64,000 bases of DNA from Balamuthia mandrillaris (Eukaryota), in contig JAVKOQ020000047.1 in assembly GCA_031835245.2 (NCBI GenBank), positions 1 to 64,000 on the forward strand, written 5' to 3'. The first letter of the stretch is position 1. The number at the start of each line of letters is the position of its first letter. The position numbers and the translations under genes were made by a program. The notes under the pieces were generated by a model. The model ran no database searches and was not told the origin of the DNA. It saw only the letters and a list, made by a program, of their open reading frames with translations. Of this stretch, positions 41,791 to 53,391 are shown in pieces.

Positions 41791-43340
41791 TTAACTACAC
41801 AGGGATGCACAAAGTGTTCGTGAAGATGATCTACAAACTCAGCCCAACGCTCTTCTGTGGATCCACAGCAGTACACATAGTCAAAGAAAATGATATGTTG
41901 AACATACTCGCACAGGCCTACTCCACTAGCATGTGGCATCACCTATTGAAAGAGCCAAACATGACAGAGGAAACTTAGCATATTAGAATAACCTATAGGG
42001 AAGAAAAAACAGGGAGAATGTCATCAAAAGCGAGCAGAAGATGAAAACCAATACGGTCACACCAAACTTCGTGGCCATAAGAAGAACTGCGATGATCTCA
42101 TTTAAGCTTCCTAAGTGACAGGAATCCAGCTGACAAATGCCCAAAGCCTCTGCCTGGAAGAACTGCTTGAACATGATCCTGTTCTGGCAGTGTTTGAATA
42201 TAGTCTTGTAGAGGATCCAACCTGGAGGGTTTGTTGTTCTTTGTTTGCCAGGCACTTTTTTCAGAGAAGTTGAAAGTAAAAGCTTTTTTCCAACATTTTT
42301 CTCTGAATTCCAAGTCATTACTGCTACCTCTCCTGTGTTCTTGTTGGCCATTCCTGCCCAGGTGTCCATTTGGTCTAACTTAGCACCCAAGTGAGCAGAT
42401 GCAAACTTGTACCAAGCAGCTTTTACACTACAGTGAAATGGGACTCCTTGTTCATTTAGTAAAGCTTGAGCTGAATTATCCAAGTAGAAGCAATCACAGC
42501 AAACAATTAGGTATCTAGTTGTTGGTTGCATCAAGTCAATGAGCCATGTCCACACCTTTTCCTTTGTTTCTACTGACTTGCCTTCAGAACTGGTGCCCAT
42601 GAAAAGATAAAGTCCAAAAATAAAAGACCTGCTACTTTCCTGTAAACTAACACATGCTTGTGTTATCCAATGACCAATAGGATCATTTTTCTTAGCAAGG
42701 ACCTTTTTGATGCACTTAGAAGCACCACGCCACTTTCTTTGCTTCTCATCCATTGTAACAAATTCACCAAAGCCAATATGCTTATGTAGGTTCTTTGACA
42801 ACTTGGTTCTTGCCACTTCAATAGTGATGAAGAAGTTATTTCAAATCCAAGTCCATTTATGAAGACCCAAACACCCTTCAAACTTTGAAGACAAGTGAGG
42901 AAACACAGCATTAATGACGTTGTGTTTTGTCCCAGGCTCAACAGCAAACCTCTCTGCTCTTAAGTAGATGTTGAGAGCAAAGGCCATGTAAATGTCTTTT
43001 AACTCAAGTGATTTGTTGTTGTAGACCATCTTTTCTTTGCCAAGCTCTTTTCGACAAGCAACAAGGACTTTTGGGGGAAGTAATTGCAAGAAGATATCAG
43101 CAATTGTAGCACGTCGTAACAGTTAATGGACAGCCAACTACTTACCATGGAGCAAGAATCTCTGCTGCTTACAAGGCTGCAATTCAGAGATCTTATTTTT
43201 TTACACCTGTCGTTAACTTGCCTGCTGTGCATCTACTCTCTGATTCCTTTGCTCAAGAGTGCGTGTTCTCTTTGGAACAACTGCAACAGCCAGCAGTTGT
43301 TTCTTACTCAAATCTTCACGACCCTACTTCCTCTTTAGTT
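41791..43340 (-). mobile_element. Degenerate piggyBac-like DDD transposase
   Basis: VTMDEKQRKWRG..KKNDPIGH (DE..G..KP.G motif), IVCCDCFY (D-N-F-like) and YKTIF. It has frameshifts, and no TIRs could be confirmed. Confidence 0.65.
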
Positions 43341-44851
43341 TTACTTGATTGTTTTTAATTTAAAGCAAGCGTGTCTTTAATCTTTATAAACTTGGTAATA
43401 TTGGGTGCATGCTCTTCTTGGTAATGGACCGTATAAACGACTGTAGAAACGTCAAATTTGCCTCCGACCGTATATCTGGCCGTTTATTTGAGCATTTTAC
43501 CTAATATGGAGAAAGAAGGCGGATATCCGCCCGTATTTCCGGAAATTTGACCAGTAGAGTGATTTGTCAAAGTCCTCATCGAGGACTACCAAGTATCTAG
43601 CTTTCAAAGCATCCAGATTGTGGGAGAATTCTGTGAGGAGATTGTGCCATTTATCATAGCAATCATTGTTGGTTCAGCATTGGGTAGGCAAGTGTTTGGC
43701 AATCTCCAACCAGAACCATTGATCACACAAGCACCAAGTAACAAGTCTACGGATTTCTGGTGCCTGCCAAGCAATTCGTTGCTGATGGCCATTCTTCTGA
43801 TATTTGAGTCGACTGGATAACAATTGTTGTTGCTGAAGCACTCTGCAAACTCGTTGTCATCATGGTGTTTGTTCTTTCTTTGAGTTAGGGCGCTTGTCAT
43901 TGTCATTGTCAGCATCATCATCAAGAGAAGTAAGTGGTGAGAAGGATGGCTGCTCTTGATGAGGGGTAAGAAATGCTTTGTGAATGGGTGATCCGTTGAC
44001 CAACTTGGGAAGTATAGGAGCTACAAACTCATCCACCAGCTCATTCAAGCCACTGAAAAAGCTTTGTAGAATGCCAGAGATGTGTTGATGACACTGCTGG
44101 CAATGAATATTGGGCCAACAAAGAGGAGATTTGTTTTTGGCCTCATACATGGCTGCAGCTTCAGCAAGCACTTCCTTATCAAACTCATTTGAATGATTTT
44201 CTACCCAAGTGGTACAACATTCAAGCCACAAGGAGTGATAAAATCATTTTTGTTGATCTTTAGTTGGTAAATCTGTTCATTTCATGAACCACCAAATAAA
44301 GAAGCAGTGTAAAAGAAGAAGAAAGAAAAAGAAAGCAAGAGAGAAAGAAAGAAAGAGGGAAAAGATACAAAAAAACAACATGAGAATGAATGTCAAAAGA
44401 AAAACAAAGGAACCAAGACCAATCATCATAACAATTATTGTTTAAACTATGAATGTTGCTGCTGCCACAATAAACCTGTGCGTTCTAGCTGAGTGCTAGG
44501 TCTAAGGGTGCATTTTTGAATGCAAGCAAGCAAACAAACAAACAAACAATGACTAACTGGATAGATAAATAGATTAATAGATAATGGTGATGGTGGTGGA
44601 TACTATCTATCTATGCAAACAAAACAAACAAACAAACACAAACAAACATACTGTTGGTGAACAGCATGAATAAAACTCTGATAGTTGGTATCTGCAGACC
44701 AGTTGGATTATTGCAAAGCATCTGGGGATAGATTGTGAAATGCTTCTTTGGTAACTAGCTCTGGAGCAACAACTGTATGCATGCATGCAAGGGAGTGAGG
44801 ATAAAAAGAACCAAAAAGAGAGCAAGTCAGTACATCAAGTGGTAGTGGTGG

Positions 44852-45110
44852 TGTCACAACCCGGCCTTGGGTCGTGCCAATCCCTCTCTCTCACACAACG
44901 CTCACAAAGGAGAGATAAGATTGGGGTGGTTCTTGGTTTGCTCTTATTAGAAAGACCTGCTTCGTGTGTACTGTTTCTCTCTCTAATTCTGTTATTCTCC
45001 CCTTTTTCCCCTCTTTTCCCTTCTCCCGTGGTAACGCAATACTTAGAGATTCCGTTGATTGGCTGGTTGACGTCATCCTATTGATCAGACCGAGATCGCG
45101 CCGCGTGACA
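44852..45110. mobile_element. Solo LTR (259 bp)
   Basis: Termini TGTCAC...GTGACA, flanked on both sides by GTGG within a (GTG)n tract. Confidence 0.75.
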
Positions 45111-45253
45111 GTGGTGGTGGTGGTGGTGGTAGTTTATTGAAGCCAGTCAGCCAGCCAGCCCATATTGTTAAAGAAAAAACAAAAATCAGATGAGCAGGAA
45201 CAAACCGCAATGTCAAGGAGGATGATAATCAGCAGTGGTACTCGTTGCAACAG

Positions 45254-45541
45254 AGGAAGAAGAAGATGACGAAGAAGAAGAAGAAGAAGAAGAAGAAGAA
45301 GAAGAAGAAGAAGAAGAAGAAGAAGAAGAAGAAGAAGAAGAAGAAGAAGAAGAAGAAGAAGAAGAAGAAGAAGAAGAAGAAGAAGAAGAAGAAGAAGAAG
45401 AAGAAGAAGAAGAAGAAGGAAGAAGAAGAAGAAGAAGAAGAAGAAGAAGAAGAAGAAGAAGAAGAAGAAGAAGAAGAAGAAGAAGAAGAAGAAGAAGAAG
45501 AAGAAGAAGAAGAAGAAGAAGAAGAAGAAGAAGAAGAAGAA
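45254..45541. repeat. (GAA)n tract of ~290 nt
   Basis: Near-perfect GAA repeat with one phase shift at ~45418. Confidence 0.97.
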
Positions 45542-45544
45542 TGA

Positions 45545-46060
45545 GGATGAGTAGTGGTAACATTGCTGACCAAGCGATTGGCCACAATAGCACGTTTTAA
45601 TGTATCCTTGACATAGACTTGCTGGGATCTACCACGAGGTACCCAACCCGCGATAAGGGCAGTAGATCCAGTACATTGTTCTGACTATGACCTTCCTGCA
45701 GTCCCTCTAAGATCAAGGCAGTGCAAAGGAAGCCAGCACGCAAGGAGTGAAAGGAAAACAATCCTTCAGGATAACCAGCCCGAACAGCCCGATCTTGCAA
45801 CTTGGCATTTCCTCTTGTCTCTTGTTGGAAACAAAAAATAAAACGTTGGCTACGGGGCCGAAGACGTCTTTATTTAAGTTTCACCAGTGGCAAGCCACGA
45901 ACAAACACTGAGCATGTGTGAACAAAATAAAATAAAAAATGATGACTGAAAAATAGCTTCGGTGCGGAGCAGCAGAAATATGTTTGGAGTTTTTGTCCAA
46001 ATTTCTAGCCGACACAACAGTAGCAACGGCCCGTCCAACATGTTGTTTAGCCAGATCAAT
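45545..46060 (-). mobile_element. Tyrosine recombinase C-terminal fragment (Crypton-like), frameshifted
   Basis: RAGYPEGLFSFHSLRAGF (HxLR), then TALIAGWVPRGRSQQVY (W and catalytic Y positions) in another frame. Confidence 0.72.
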
Positions 46061-46104
46061 CTGCATGAGGGGTCAAATAACTGAGGGGTCGCCGGATTGT
46101 TGGC

Positions 46105-47523
46105 ATGGGGTTCAGCGAAAAAAAATTATGTCGACAGCAGGGAAGAAGAAAGAAAGGTAACTGCAACGCTGCCATGGAGGCAACCAAAAGTAGTACGAGC
46201 AAGCGAGTTAGAGCAGAAGAAGACCCTGAACTTTCCCTTGCCATTGAGGCCCTTACCAATGAATCCAACTTTCAGCGTCGCCAAGAGTTGATGAACAAAT
46301 TGCAAAGCAACCTGGCAAGGCTCTCCACCGCCCAAATAACGACGCTATGCACCCTTATCAATGAGGATAGGTATGGCCTCTTCAACAGGACTTGGGGAAC
46401 TCTCTCCTTTGCCTTGAAGGTGCTAGCAAGCCGGGAGAGCAGTCCTGGGATGCAATTCATGGGCTTTCCTGTTCGACGCATCAGACAGGAAGATTGGGGC
46501 AAAGTGGTGGGCAAAGGTGCTACCGGGGCGGTTCGTGAGGCGACCCTTGATGACGAACGCAAGGCAGTCAAGTTTCTCGACGTTTTCATTGACTCGGTGT
46601 CGGAAGACGAAGAAGGGAGCGAAGCCATGGACAGCAGCACTAGGCGCAAGGAAAAGGAATATCTTCAGGAAGTTCTGCTCCTTTCTCAAGTCAACAAAGC
46701 ACAAGAGACCATAAAGCCGTTTTGTGTTTCGGTGGACTGTCTGGTGCTTGGTGATAACGGGAGCATCGGGCTTGTTATGCCTCTCTACAACTATGATCTT
46801 CACAAGTATCTTTGTAATCATGGACAAACACTCGACGATGTTCAACGTTTACGAATCTTTCGGCGATGTGTGGAATGTGTCGCGGCTGTGCACAACTTTG
46901 GGGCAAAAGGCCATCTTCACAACGACATCAAGGCGGAAAACTTTTTGTTGGGTCCTTGTAACGCAGAGATGGAGGATGTCATTGACAGTCTCGTTATCAC
47001 GGACTTTGGATTTAGCGAGCAACGCGTGATGGCAACAATGTTTAACACAGACTCAGAAGTGGCATCACTCGGTGGCGTTGCAGGACGAGCAAAGGGGACA
47101 GCGGCCTATGCATCACCTGAAGTGGCCGCAGCATTTCGTGATGGCGATCCTGTTCTCTTCACTAAGCAGAGTGATATCTTTTCCTTGGGCGTCGTATTGG
47201 GCTACCTCCTCACCAACGTAAAACCCTTTGCTGAACTGAGCACCCCGTACCAAATCCTTACCGCTATCAAAAAAAATCGACCAAGGTTCACACTCCCAGA
47301 TGCAGTTCCTCCCTTGTTGCAGGCAATGTTGGTATGGTGTATGAAGCCACGACGAGAGGACCGGCCTTCCTCATGTGATTGTCTTATCTCGTTGATGGAT
47401 ACGTATGCCCTGAACAGCCCTCCCTCCGCGATACAATGCTCTATTGAGAGTATGCAGGGGCGAATTTGCTACAAAGTGGTACAAGGTTTAGGAAAGTATA
47501 CACGGAAGGACGAGGAATTATAA
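46105..47523 (+). CDS. Intronless protein kinase (TKL-like)
   Basis: Motifs GKGATG, AVK, HNDIKAEN, DFG, GTAAYASPE, SDIFSLG and RPS in a single 472-aa ORF. Confidence 0.9.
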   Translation: MGFSEKKLCRQQGRRKKGNCNAAMEATKSSTSKRVRAEEDPELSLAIEALTNESNFQRRQELMNKLQSNLARLSTAQITTLCTLINEDRYGLFNRTWGTLSFALKVLASRESSPGMQFMGFPVRRIRQEDWGKVVGKGATGAVREATLDDERKAVKFLDVFIDSVSEDEEGSEAMDSSTRRKEKEYLQEVLLLSQVNKAQETIKPFCVSVDCLVLGDNGSIGLVMPLYNYDLHKYLCNHGQTLDDVQRLRIFRRCVECVAAVHNFGAKGHLHNDIKAENFLLGPCNAEMEDVIDSLVITDFGFSEQRVMATMFNTDSEVASLGGVAGRAKGTAAYASPEVAAAFRDGDPVLFTKQSDIFSLGVVLGYLLTNVKPFAELSTPYQILTAIKKNRPRFTLPDAVPPLLQAMLVWCMKPRREDRPSSCDCLISLMDTYALNSPPSAIQCSIESMQGRICYKVVQGLGKYTRKDEEL

Positions 47524-48150
47524 TTGAACAATAAAACCGCAGTTTAGTACTCTTGCAGTATGCGTGGTACCACCAGACAAAGTTAGGTATAGGCACTCAC
47601 ACAAACTTAGAACCGTTCAAGTTTGGAGCCAACGCAGCAACCGGATATTCCTCTTGAGTTCCGAGACATATGGAACACGTTGCAAGTAATGGGCAAGGGC
47701 AACGTGGAAGCACTACCGCAGGCCACCGTACACCCCCGGCCCACTCGGTCTGTACCCAAAGCGGCCAGCTCGGTCAGGATCGATACAGCTCAGTGTTGCT
47801 TCTTGGGGATCCTTAGCGTGTAAAGGATATTCACCTCGTCCATGAAAACCAGGGTAAAGGCCGAAGACGTGCGACAAAAACTCGAGTCCTTTCGACAAAA
47901 CAAACGCGCTTTCAGCAATGCTTGGATGGGTGATGTGCTCCCCTTCTCCTTCTTTTTCTTCTTCTTCTTCTTCTTCTTCAGTCACTTCCCCTTCTTGTGG
48001 TTCGTCCTCGACGACGGGGTGTGCCCTGGGCTTGCCCACGAAATAACACACCTTGTTGCCGGGGAGCACTGGGTTGGCCCATCATCCGGTGATTCTTATG
48101 CCGGTCTTGTCATCCGTAAGGTCGACCGGCGGACCAAATAACACCGCAAT

Positions 48151-48330
48151 GTTCTTCTTCTTCTTCTTCTTCTTCTTGTTCTTCTTCTTCTTCTTCTTCT
48201 TCTTCTTGTTCTTCTTCTTGTTCTTCTTCTTCTTGTTCTTCTTCTTCTTCTTCTTCTTCTTCTTCTTCTTCTTCTTCTTCTTCTTCTTCTTCTTCTTCTT
48301 CTTCTTCTTCTTCTTCTTCTTCTTCTTCTT
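48151..48330. repeat. (CTT)n tract
   Basis: Tandem CTT with GTT interruptions. Confidence 0.95.
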
Positions 48331-49431
48331 CGAAGAATTCCCATTGAGCGCGTTCTCAGACCCTGCCAAAAACTCAGAGTTTACTGATTAATACGTCAGA
48401 ATTTTTGAGGGAGGTTTTTGCCCTTTCCCCCCAGAGGTGGTGAGGATTACCAAAGCCCTATCACCAATAGTGGATAATAAATAGAGGCGTTGTTGAAAAA
48501 AAATCCAAATCACAATCGTTTATTTATTGTTCTGGTGCGTCACAGTAGCAGTAGCAGCAGCAACAGCAACAGCAGCATTGGCATCAGATGTATGCCTTTT
48601 GGTGTTCCTGTCCGGCGGCAAACACGCTGCCCTATCCTTTTTTTGCATTAGATGAACACGGGCCATTCTATACAGCTGGGCATTCAACATGTTCACCAGA
48701 AAAACCTCCACGACATCACGAGACACAGCAGGTCCGCGTGGCTTGTGCCTCAGCTCCTCCTGCCTTAACCCTAACCCTTTTTTCTGAAAGAAAAGAATTA
48801 CACCAATAGAACAGAGATTGGTGGTTGCCAGGTGTCAAGGCACCTAAAGTTTATTCGCAGCAGCATGAGCATCCATTCCACCCCCAACCACACCCACCAC
48901 TTCGCCCTCACAGACGTGAGAGAAGCAAGGGTGTTTTGGCAGGAAACATGCTCATTGGCCCACAAGATGGAATTCAAATAGTTTGTAGTTTTCACGCATG
49001 TCGACCTGGGGTCAGGAGGAACGGCACCAAAGCGATCTTACCGCAGAGGCAGACCGTACAGGACGGAAATTGCTTGGCCTTGTTGGGAAGCCTCCAGTGA
49101 ACATTTTGAAGCCTTCCTTCTCGCTTCCTTGCAACACTGATGACACTATGCGATTGAAAATTAAAGAATTTTGTGAAGGATCATGGCTAATCCCTCTGCA
49201 TTCATGCCTTTTACCTTTGGTACGAGTTTGTTCTCCTTTTCTTCCTCTGCTTACGTTGGTATTTTCCATCTTACATATTTTAAGTCAATGCTCTCCAATC
49301 TTCAGCACCATTCAAGGCTACAAGTACAAGGTGAAAATCATTCAAATCTGTTATTTGAACAAAAACACTTTACTATTATTGTTATACACCTCTTATCCTT
49401 CGCTAGTGTCCCTTCCATGCTTCTTCTAGTG

Positions 49432-50617
49432 TCAGTTCATTTCGTTGAGAGATATTTCTTGAGTATCATCAAATTGGGAGAATCTGTTCTTGGATTGACC
49501 AGGATTTGGCTCATTGGGGTTGGCCTTGCCACGTGTGATTTCAAACACCTTGCTAATGGCACTTAAGTGGCTTAAGAAAATCAGCTGACATGTTGCAGCA
49601 GCAATAGAGGCTCCAAGGATGGGACCAAGCCAGTAGACCCAGTGGTCATCCCAGCAAGGACCACCAGCAATTATAGCAGGCCCGAAAGAACGTGCAGGGT
49701 TCATGCTGGCACCGGTCATAGCAATACCCACTGCATGCAGGCACATGATAGTCATGCCAATTGCGAAGGGTGCAAGCTTACCAGGACCGTATTCGCTGCC
49801 TGGATGGAGAGTACACTAATTAAAAAGAGGTAATATAGGATCAAGAACAAGATACAAAAAAGAAGCAAGGGACGTGAGAACAACATGAAGCAGGAACAAG
49901 GGCAATGCCATGAAGAACAACAAGAAGTAACTACACCCACCCACCTGACAAGGGAGCCATTTTGCCGGCAAAAGGAGACACAGCAGTGGCAAAGACGATG
50001 AAGACGAAGATGAAAGTCAAAACAACCTCAGTCCAAAGTCCTTGGCCAGCGGTAAGATCTGGATGAATAGTGTGGCAACCCAGGTTGAAGGTAAGTTGAT
50101 GAGGATGCAGCGATTTCAGCACAGCTGAACCTACAATGGCACCTACACAAGCAAAAGTAAGCAACAACAAACTCGGATTGTGTCTCCACAATGAAAGTAC
50201 AGTACCTGCCAGCTGAGAAACGACGTAGCAGATGGCACGCAGTATTGAAAGCTTGTTAGTAATCAAAAGGGCCCATGTGATAGCAGGATTAATGTGACCT
50301 GAAAGTGCGCAATCGTGAGTTTGAAGTTTGTTCATATTGAAGTTAGTCTACATACCCCCAGAAACCTCACCGATGGCATACACAAGAATCATGATGGCAA
50401 AGCCGTGGGCAATAGAGATCAGTGTGAGTGCAGGCACTCCAATTACACCACCGCTCATTGTCTGAGCAGAAACCACGGAACCAGTGCCCAAAAAAACAAA
50501 GATGGCAGTGGCCAAAAACTCGGAAATTGAACCTCTCCACAACGATTGCCAAACATCTTCGTCCCGGATGGTAAACTTAGGCCTATAGGCCTCCCAGTAT
50601 TCCGCAAGCCAACCCAT
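49432..50617 (-). CDS. Aquaporin (MIP family; multi-exon)
   Basis: Motifs SEFLATAIFVFLG, SGGHINPAIT, GASMNPARSFGPA and HWVYWLGP. Confidence 0.96.
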
Positions 50618-51179
50618 TGCGATGCGAGGGCTATGGAATAATCAACAACCAACGACCAACAAGAAAACAGCTCCAAGTACGAGGTCAGAGACGCACAGAG
50701 CGTACGTTGCGTGCGAAGTAGTGAAGTGACCAGCCGTTGCAAGATGCTTTGCAGCAGGAGTTGATGAAGGAGGTCCTTTTGTTGTTGTCCGGGTTCTGTG
50801 TTGGAAGCTGCTTGTTCGTTCTTTCTTTTTGTCATTCTGGTGCAGCAACCTTACTGAAGGGGTTTTAGGCCCCACCTTAATTTCAGGACCTCCTCACCAC
50901 CGGTAGGAAGGCATAGCTTCCGTGCCGACACGAATGAGTATGTTTCTTCAAGAAGAGATGCAATCCCGCCCGAAACATCTTGCTCGGCTTTTTACTCTGC
51001 AAGCACTTACCACCTCCTCCTCTTCTGTGAGGAGCGATAAGTTTGCTTTGGTGCCTCTGAGCAAGTCGTTAGATGAGCTGTGATTTTCAACAAACGCCTA
51101 AGTTACGCTAACTGTTTCAATTTGTTGTTTGCTTTAAACGAGTAGTACATCACCAAAAGTCTGCTTTACAATGACTTGC

Positions 51180-53112
51180 TTAGTTTGCTTGTAAAAAATT
51201 TTTCAAGACAAAGGCGTTAAAGGCGCTGTTTTCAGTTTGAGCGTCCTCTTTGTCCTTGTCCTCGCTTGCAGAGGACTTGCCGCCCAATAGAGTTGCAACG
51301 GTGGTGGGCTTGGCCTTTGTCTTGGTTCGCTCAAGACCTGCAAGGTTGAAAAAAAAAAGTTGGTAAGTATCAGAACGAGGGAAGGGCACTGCTGGCAACA
51401 AACTACCTGGTGGGTAAGCATTTGGAACGAGGGTCACAGTACTGCCACTGCTAGAAAATGAGGCAATCGGGTAGAGGGGCTTGGACTTGTTTCGATTGTT
51501 AAGTGTGTAAGTGTGCACGCTGGTTTGGTTCTTGTAAAATATGAGCTGTTCTTTGGCAGAGTCCCACATAACCCCGACAGAGTCTCCAGAATTGTAGGTA
51601 TTGTTGGTGTAGGCCATTGATGAGCCGCTGTTATAAATCTGTCCTGGTGAGTAGTAAGTCCATCCATTTGTATACTGCCCCGCATAGCCGGTTCTCGCAC
51701 AGTCGTCTTCAACCACTCCCAACATCATATTGGTACCGGTACCAACTTTCCATTCCACATAGTTTCTAAAGCCACGAGAAAAACTGGTCAGCAGCAATAA
51801 ACAAAATGGAATGAACAACAGAGCTCCAAAAGTACCGTTCTGGGGTTAATGGGTGACTGCAACGAACATTGACCCAGGAGGAAGTATTGCTTGTGGCAGT
51901 AAGTGACTGGTTGGAGAGGGTGATGCCAGTCCCACACTTGGCAGGATCAAAGCGTAGCCCAGCGCGCAACTCAGTACGCGGGCCTTTAATAGCGTCAGGA
52001 AAGAGCTTGTGGCGATAGGCTTCATGAATGAGCTGCTTCATAACGGGGAGTTCCTTGATAGCTTCCTCAGCCTCCACTTTTTCAGCAAGGAACTGAGTGG
52101 TCATAATGGGAAAGCGTATGCAGGGAAGCAGCTCGCTCAAAACTTGGTCTCGTTGTTTCTTGTCCTTAAACTTGGACTTGGCGTAGTTCAACACTGCTTC
52201 AAAGATGTCTTCTTCAGAGCTGGAAAGAGGTTGAGTCAATATGTTGTTTCAAATCAGAAAAGTAAAAAAAGAAAAAGACAAGACAAGAAAAAGAAAAAAG
52301 AGAGGGGAGTACGTACATCATCTTCAAGTCATCACTTGAGAGCATGGCGGCCCAGAGAGAAGGAGGAAGATCCTGTGCACGACCATCCATTAACAGCTCA
52401 TCAAAGTGCTCCGCGAGATGAAGACCACAGGCGTGCTCCAAGCTGTGGACACGGTAGCGTTCCACCAGTTCCAACAGGTACATAAGTGTTTCATCGTCAA
52501 CCAACGGTCCCAAAAGTTCACCGCAGACCTCCTGCAGGGAGAACGCTTTGAATCAGTTTATACTGGAATGCAATGGAACATGAAAGCAAAGAAAAAAGGA
52601 ACCTTGAGAGCCTCAATACCGAGGCGGTTGCTCAAATCAAGAAGAGGGAGCACATTCTTGCCGTCCACAAAATCAGTTTCGCCGGTGTACATATATCGCA
52701 TGACCAAAGGGAAAAGATCACGTTCTCTCTCCTCCACCTCCACTTCCAGAGGCAGTTTATCTGAGTTGCTGCCCCCCTTTTGTTTTTCCAGTTGCTGCGT
52801 TATCTTTTGACGGAAAACGGTACTCCATACGCAGAGCACCAACTTGTGGGCATACATCTTAAGGGGAGAAATACTGCTGTCCTTTACTCCAACAGTTATT
52901 TCCACGTCGCCATCCTCTTCCACCCTCTCCCACAGGTTACGAAAGCCCTTGCGTACTATTTCGCCGTAAAGGGTCGGGTCAAAGGTGTCCTTGGTCAATT
53001 CGCGCGGGACGTGGAGGGAGGCCAGCACGTCTCCCGAACTGCTGCGCAAGTCGCGGCTGGACCGCAAGAGCTCTTCCCTCTTGGTCTCTTTCTTTTTTTT
53101 GTCGGTGGACAT
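51180..53112 (-). CDS. BTB-BACK-SPRY protein (multi-exon)
   Basis: AHKLVLCVWSTVF and YMYTG (BTB); SEEDIFEAVL..IRFPIM (BACK); YVEWKV..LGV..GDSVGV..LYP (SPRY). Confidence 0.88.
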
Positions 53113-53391
53113 GCCTTCCCTTTCTTCTTGCTTGTTGTGGTGGTTGTTATGGTCTCCCCCTTGGAAAAAAAAAAAAGAGGAGTAACAGAGAAGAAGCAGC
53201 AGCAAATTCTTCTCTTCCCTGCACAGGGAGGCTGCTGCTTGCGCTGTTGTTTGTGTGGCTGGCCACACCCATTTCAGTGCACCAAAATTTGGGTTGAACC
53301 CCCAGTCGGAAGGAAACCCAGGTCGTCCTGGTGAGGTCTTTCCCGCCAAAATAGCCACAAAAACGTATCCCCAAAAGAGAGAGATAGAGAG

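Noticed and set aside
41962..42121. ~155-nt insertion flanked by TGACAG in the piggyBac remnant
   Set aside because: A 6-bp repeat could be chance, and the insert has no terminal features.
43604..44270. Minus-strand coding-like remnant, possibly the continuation of the YR element
   Set aside because: Broken frames and no recognisable motif, so it cannot be assigned.
45213..45600. Poly-E/K/R/S/F/L ORFs
   Set aside because: Artefacts of the (GAA)n tract; the same applies to 24055-24507 and 48053-48391.
47530..49140. Minus-strand ORF fragments
   Set aside because: Multiple stops and no recognisable domain.
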